From Porphyridium purpureum (Eukaryota), in NCBI GenBank assembly GCA_008690995.1, contig VRMN01000003.1, forward strand, positions 558,001-622,000: DNA of 64,000 bases, written 5' to 3'. The notes beneath the pieces are model-generated. The model was not told the DNA's origin, ran no database searches, and worked only from the letters and a program-made list of their open reading frames with translations. This document shows positions 60,880 to 64,000 of the stretch, piece by piece; the first letter of the stretch is position 1; every line of letters starts with the position of its first letter. The translations under genes were made by a program, and so were the position numbers.

Positions 60880-63234
60880 CTACAAAGGTTTGGATGTGCT
60901 ATTCACCTCTGTGTGCATCCTCTGGTCCCACGACATGTGACCAGGTCCTGCGCTCCTGGCAGAGTTTGGTGACTTGGACGAGGCGGGTCCACTGCGAGCA
61001 GTGTTGAATGACTTCGTGCTCTCAGGTAGTTTCGCGTCGCTTGAGCCTGATGCGGCCTTCGATGCGGTGTTTGCAGCTAGCGATTGCTTCTCAAACTCCT
61101 TCCATCGAAGATAAAAAGTCCTTACGACACCAGAGTGTTCGCGCCGAAAGCGTTTTGACTCACTGTTAAACTGCTGTGTCCACATAACACGCGTTACGAT
61201 GTTAGTACGGGCGAGGTAGCGCTCGATCATACCTTCTCGAAGCGGCTTGTCGCGAACCCAATCGACCAGCATAAGGAAGACCATGTGCGGGTACTGGACG
61301 CGCCGGATGTACTGGAGCGCTTGCATTTGATATGCTTCCACTTCCGCCGCGCTGAAATTCTTCTTGATCAGTTCCGGAAGAATGCGCATCTCCGCATTGA
61401 ACAAGGGCACGACTTCCACGGCTAACTTATCCACAAGTTTGACCACGCGACCCAAGCGTTCCCCGTGAGGACAATTATCCTGGTCCAGCACTTCATAGAT
61501 GGAATCAATAAAAAGACTGATGCGGTCACGACGAGCGTTGCGATTCGTCTCCAGTACATCTGGCTCTTTATGTCCGCCGCCTTCGAGGTCTATTTTAGAG
61601 CAGATCCACGGATACATGATCACTTTCTGAACCTGAAACATAATAAAGATCAGGTACCGGAAAAGCTCAAACCACATAATGAAGAGGTCAAAATCGTCGT
61701 CGCCGATAAAGAATTGTCGCTTGATCAGGGAGTTCACGATATAGTACAGGTCCATCATTTCCTTGCGCATAGCGTTTTGATAAAATGTAATGGCATCTGT
61801 AGCAAAATCGTCGCCGAAGCTTTGAAGTGCTAGGTTCGGCTCTTGAAGAGGAAGCGCGCCTAATTTTTGACGTAAGTATGAGCTCCCACTGCGAGGTGAC
61901 CCGCCAGACTCCTGGCTTCCTTGTTTTACGACGCGCTTCGTTGACTGAGACAAAACACGCGGCATGGGCCCAGCAGGAAGCCCGGATGGCCGACGCCCTT
62001 CGTCTTGTATCGTGATGGCGTCGAAGTCAAACGCATCCTCTCCGTCTTCGCCGTATGTATACCCGGATTCCATTTGCCCATCGACGCTGTATCGAAGTTC
62101 GTGGTACTTTTCCGTCACGTCCAAGAGTCGCAGAACGCGGTCATCGCGCTTTTGCGCAGCTGAGTTGATAATGAGTCGTTTGCTTGTCGAGGTTGCGTTG
62201 GAATCCTGCCGAGAAACCACCGGCGGAAACATGCCCGGCTGCGTCCCTGGAACCAGCTGGTTCATCGGAACCTGCGTAATCGGATGCAGGGTTGTCTGGA
62301 AGCGTTCTTGCAAGGCTGTGAGCTCGTCTTCAGCTTGAATGGCGCGTTGCTCAGCAAGGTTCCGCTCCTTGCGCAGCACATGAATTTCCATCTCAAAATC
62401 TGCGTTCTGCATTTTGGATGTGATCAATTGCTGCTCTAAGTCCTCTAAATTCCAGACTGAGTTTGCCCTTCCGACCAAAGATAGATCTAGAGCCTTCCCT
62501 TCACTCCCCGTGTGATTTTCAAGAAGTCGCCGAAAGTCCTTGTTTTCTGCAATGGCCTGCTGTAGTTGTAAAGAATCCCGCTCGCGTTGCTTCTTCAGCG
62601 CAGTGATCTCTTGCAACAGAACTTCGTTTTCCTGTGCAGCCTTTGCTAGCGTCTTGCCATTTGAGCGCTTCATACGTAGGAGCTCCCCGCGGAGCATCTC
62701 GACCTCCTCTTCTAGTGATTTAAGATCGTATGATTGTTGCTCCAGCTGATACGCAAGATTTCGATTTTCGCGAAAGAGCTCCGTCGCGGAGGTTCCAGTG
62801 CTTTTCTCGTTCATGATCCCATCCCCAGGACCAGGAACGCGCGGTGACACAGCAATACCACGCTTTATCGGCTGCTTTGTTCCGACGCTGCTTGCGGAGT
62901 TTGGCGTAGAATCTACTTTATCGTCTCGAGCCCGACCGCTTGCTTCCCTATCGTCTGCAGCTTGCGCTCCTGGTTCAGGCGGAGCCACGGCAAGAATGCT
63001 GCTAGCTTGGTCTTCTTTTGGGGACAAGGAAGATTCAGCGTCATCATGCCCTGCATGTGCCTCTTGGGCACTTACAGCGCCAGAAGCGTCAAGTCGGTTA
63101 CCTTCGTTTTGAGCGTCTTCGCTCTGCCTCGTTTGGGACGCCGTCCCAATTTGAAATGCTCCTGAGGACGACACCAGAGGCGCTTGCTGTGACGAGTCCT
63201 CAACCTGATCCCGCTCGTCTGCTCTAGTCGCCAT
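60880..63234 (-). CDS. Coiled-coil protein with C-terminal hemerythrin-like helical domain
   Basis: Heptad-rich segments; FYQNAMRKEMMDLY..WFELF..VIMYPW..FNAEMRILPELI pattern. Confidence 0.75.
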   Translation of the reverse strand: MATRADERDQVEDSSQQAPLVSSSGAFQIGTASQTRQSEDAQNEGNRLDASGAVSAQEAHAGHDDAESSLSPKEDQASSILAVAPPEPGAQAADDREASGRARDDKVDSTPNSASSVGTKQPIKRGIAVSPRVPGPGDGIMNEKSTGTSATELFRENRNLAYQLEQQSYDLKSLEEEVEMLRGELLRMKRSNGKTLAKAAQENEVLLQEITALKKQRERDSLQLQQAIAENKDFRRLLENHTGSEGKALDLSLVGRANSVWNLEDLEQQLITSKMQNADFEMEIHVLRKERNLAEQRAIQAEDELTALQERFQTTLHPITQVPMNQLVPGTQPGMFPPVVSRQDSNATSTSKRLIINSAAQKRDDRVLRLLDVTEKYHELRYSVDGQMESGYTYGEDGEDAFDFDAITIQDEGRRPSGLPAGPMPRVLSQSTKRVVKQGSQESGGSPRSGSSYLRQKLGALPLQEPNLALQSFGDDFATDAITFYQNAMRKEMMDLYYIVNSLIKRQFFIGDDDFDLFIMWFELFRYLIFIMFQVQKVIMYPWICSKIDLEGGGHKEPDVLETNRNARRDRISLFIDSIYEVLDQDNCPHGERLGRVVKLVDKLAVEVVPLFNAEMRILPELIKKNFSAAEVEAYQMQALQYIRRVQYPHMVFLMLVDWVRDKPLREGMIERYLARTNIVTRVMWTQQFNSESKRFRREHSGVVRTFYLRWKEFEKQSLAANTASKAASGSSDAKLPESTKSFNTARSGPASSKSPNSARSAGPGHMSWDQRMHTEVNSTSKPL

Positions 63235-63604
63235 GTTTTCCGCGCTCGGGCCTGGCTTGCCTGAGACAAGCGAAGCCTGCAGCGCGCTCCGAAACGGCGG
63301 TGCGGAGGGACGGCAGGAGCGCGACACTCTGACGCACTTGAGCGCCCACCTTCTGACCAAGCGCGCGGGTTGGCCCCCGCCCCTCCCCCGTTTCTTCCCT
63401 CAGCCCGGACCTATGTCGCCGAAGTTGCCTGTAACGGCAAAAAAGCCTTGCCTCCGTGCCGTGTGAGGGCTGACGCTCCGCAGCACTGGCGCGTCCAACA
63501 AAGCGCGACGTCGACTGTACTGCGCGTCGGCAGCGCGCACTGTACCGCAAGCGCCAGTGGAGGCGCGAGAGGGGAAGACGCTGCGCGCCGCGACACCTTG
63601 AGCC

Positions 63605-64000
63605 ATGGAGCGGAGCGCGGGAACCCGCTGCGGCTCGGTGACTCTGTCGCGGCGGGGCTGGCCAGTGCTCATATGTGTGGCCTCGTGCGCATTGGCGCTG
63701 GCCATTCACGCGTTGCCCGCCGAACAGTCGACGCAGCGCCACGCGCAGCAAGACCCTTTTGCGCATCACGCATGGCAGGATGATGCAGAGCAGGAGCTCA
63801 TGCAAAACGCAAAAAGCGCCCTCAACTCATTCAGTCTGGTTTTCGTGGATCATAGCGTTGCCGGCGTCAAGGGCAAAGATCTTCCGTCGGAGCCCGCGCG
63901 CGGCTCCAGAATGGTCCATCTCATTGAGAACGGAGTGCCGAGAACGGCTTTCCTGGAAACGTGCATGGTGAGCGGATCATATTCCACCTCGCATGACGCC
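63605..64000 (+). CDS. Hypothetical secreted/ER protein (3' partial)
   Basis: ORF open from ATG 63605 to the window end; MERSAG..WPVLICVASCALALAIHA is signal-peptide-like. Confidence 0.6.
   Translation, partial: MERSAGTRCGSVTLSRRGWPVLICVASCALALAIHALPAEQSTQRHAQQDPFAHHAWQDDAEQELMQNAKSALNSFSLVFVDHSVAGVKGKDLPSEPARGSRMVHLIENGVPRTAFLETCMVSGSYSTSHDA

Noticed and set aside
1..64000. CRISPR arrays, tRNA and rRNA genes
   Set aside because: No repeat-spacer arrays, cloverleafs or rRNA signature sequences were recognised by eye; no scan was run

Overview
Gene-dense, almost intron-free eukaryotic nuclear DNA. It encodes plastid-targeted proteins (PPOX, HCF164-like thioredoxin, PLGG1/LrgB), TOP6B, a CCT protein, a CBM20 protein, and proteasome, OST and DREAM subunits. 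By inference this fits a unicellular red alga (Porphyridium-like); no search was run to confirm. About 40 single-exon CDSs are recognisable. The main accessory feature is an island at about 34.4-41.3 kb. It holds a fossil IS607-like element (degenerate serine-recombinase TnpA followed by a Fanzor2/TnpB RNA-guided nuclease pseudogene that keeps the rearranged RuvC D-E-D triad), a bacterial-type DUF2254 membrane protein with a repeat tail, and a decayed MULE/FAR1-like transposase. Other points of interest: two highly structured intergenic regions that may be ncRNA genes (29.3-29.75 kb and 46.98-47.27 kb), a putatively plastid-targeted ArsH, an STBD1-like TM+CBM20 protein, a tautomerase/MIF-fold ORF lacking Pro1, a frameshifted HAD gene, and divergent genes whose start codons overlap in one CATG. 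All family calls come from motif recognition by eye.
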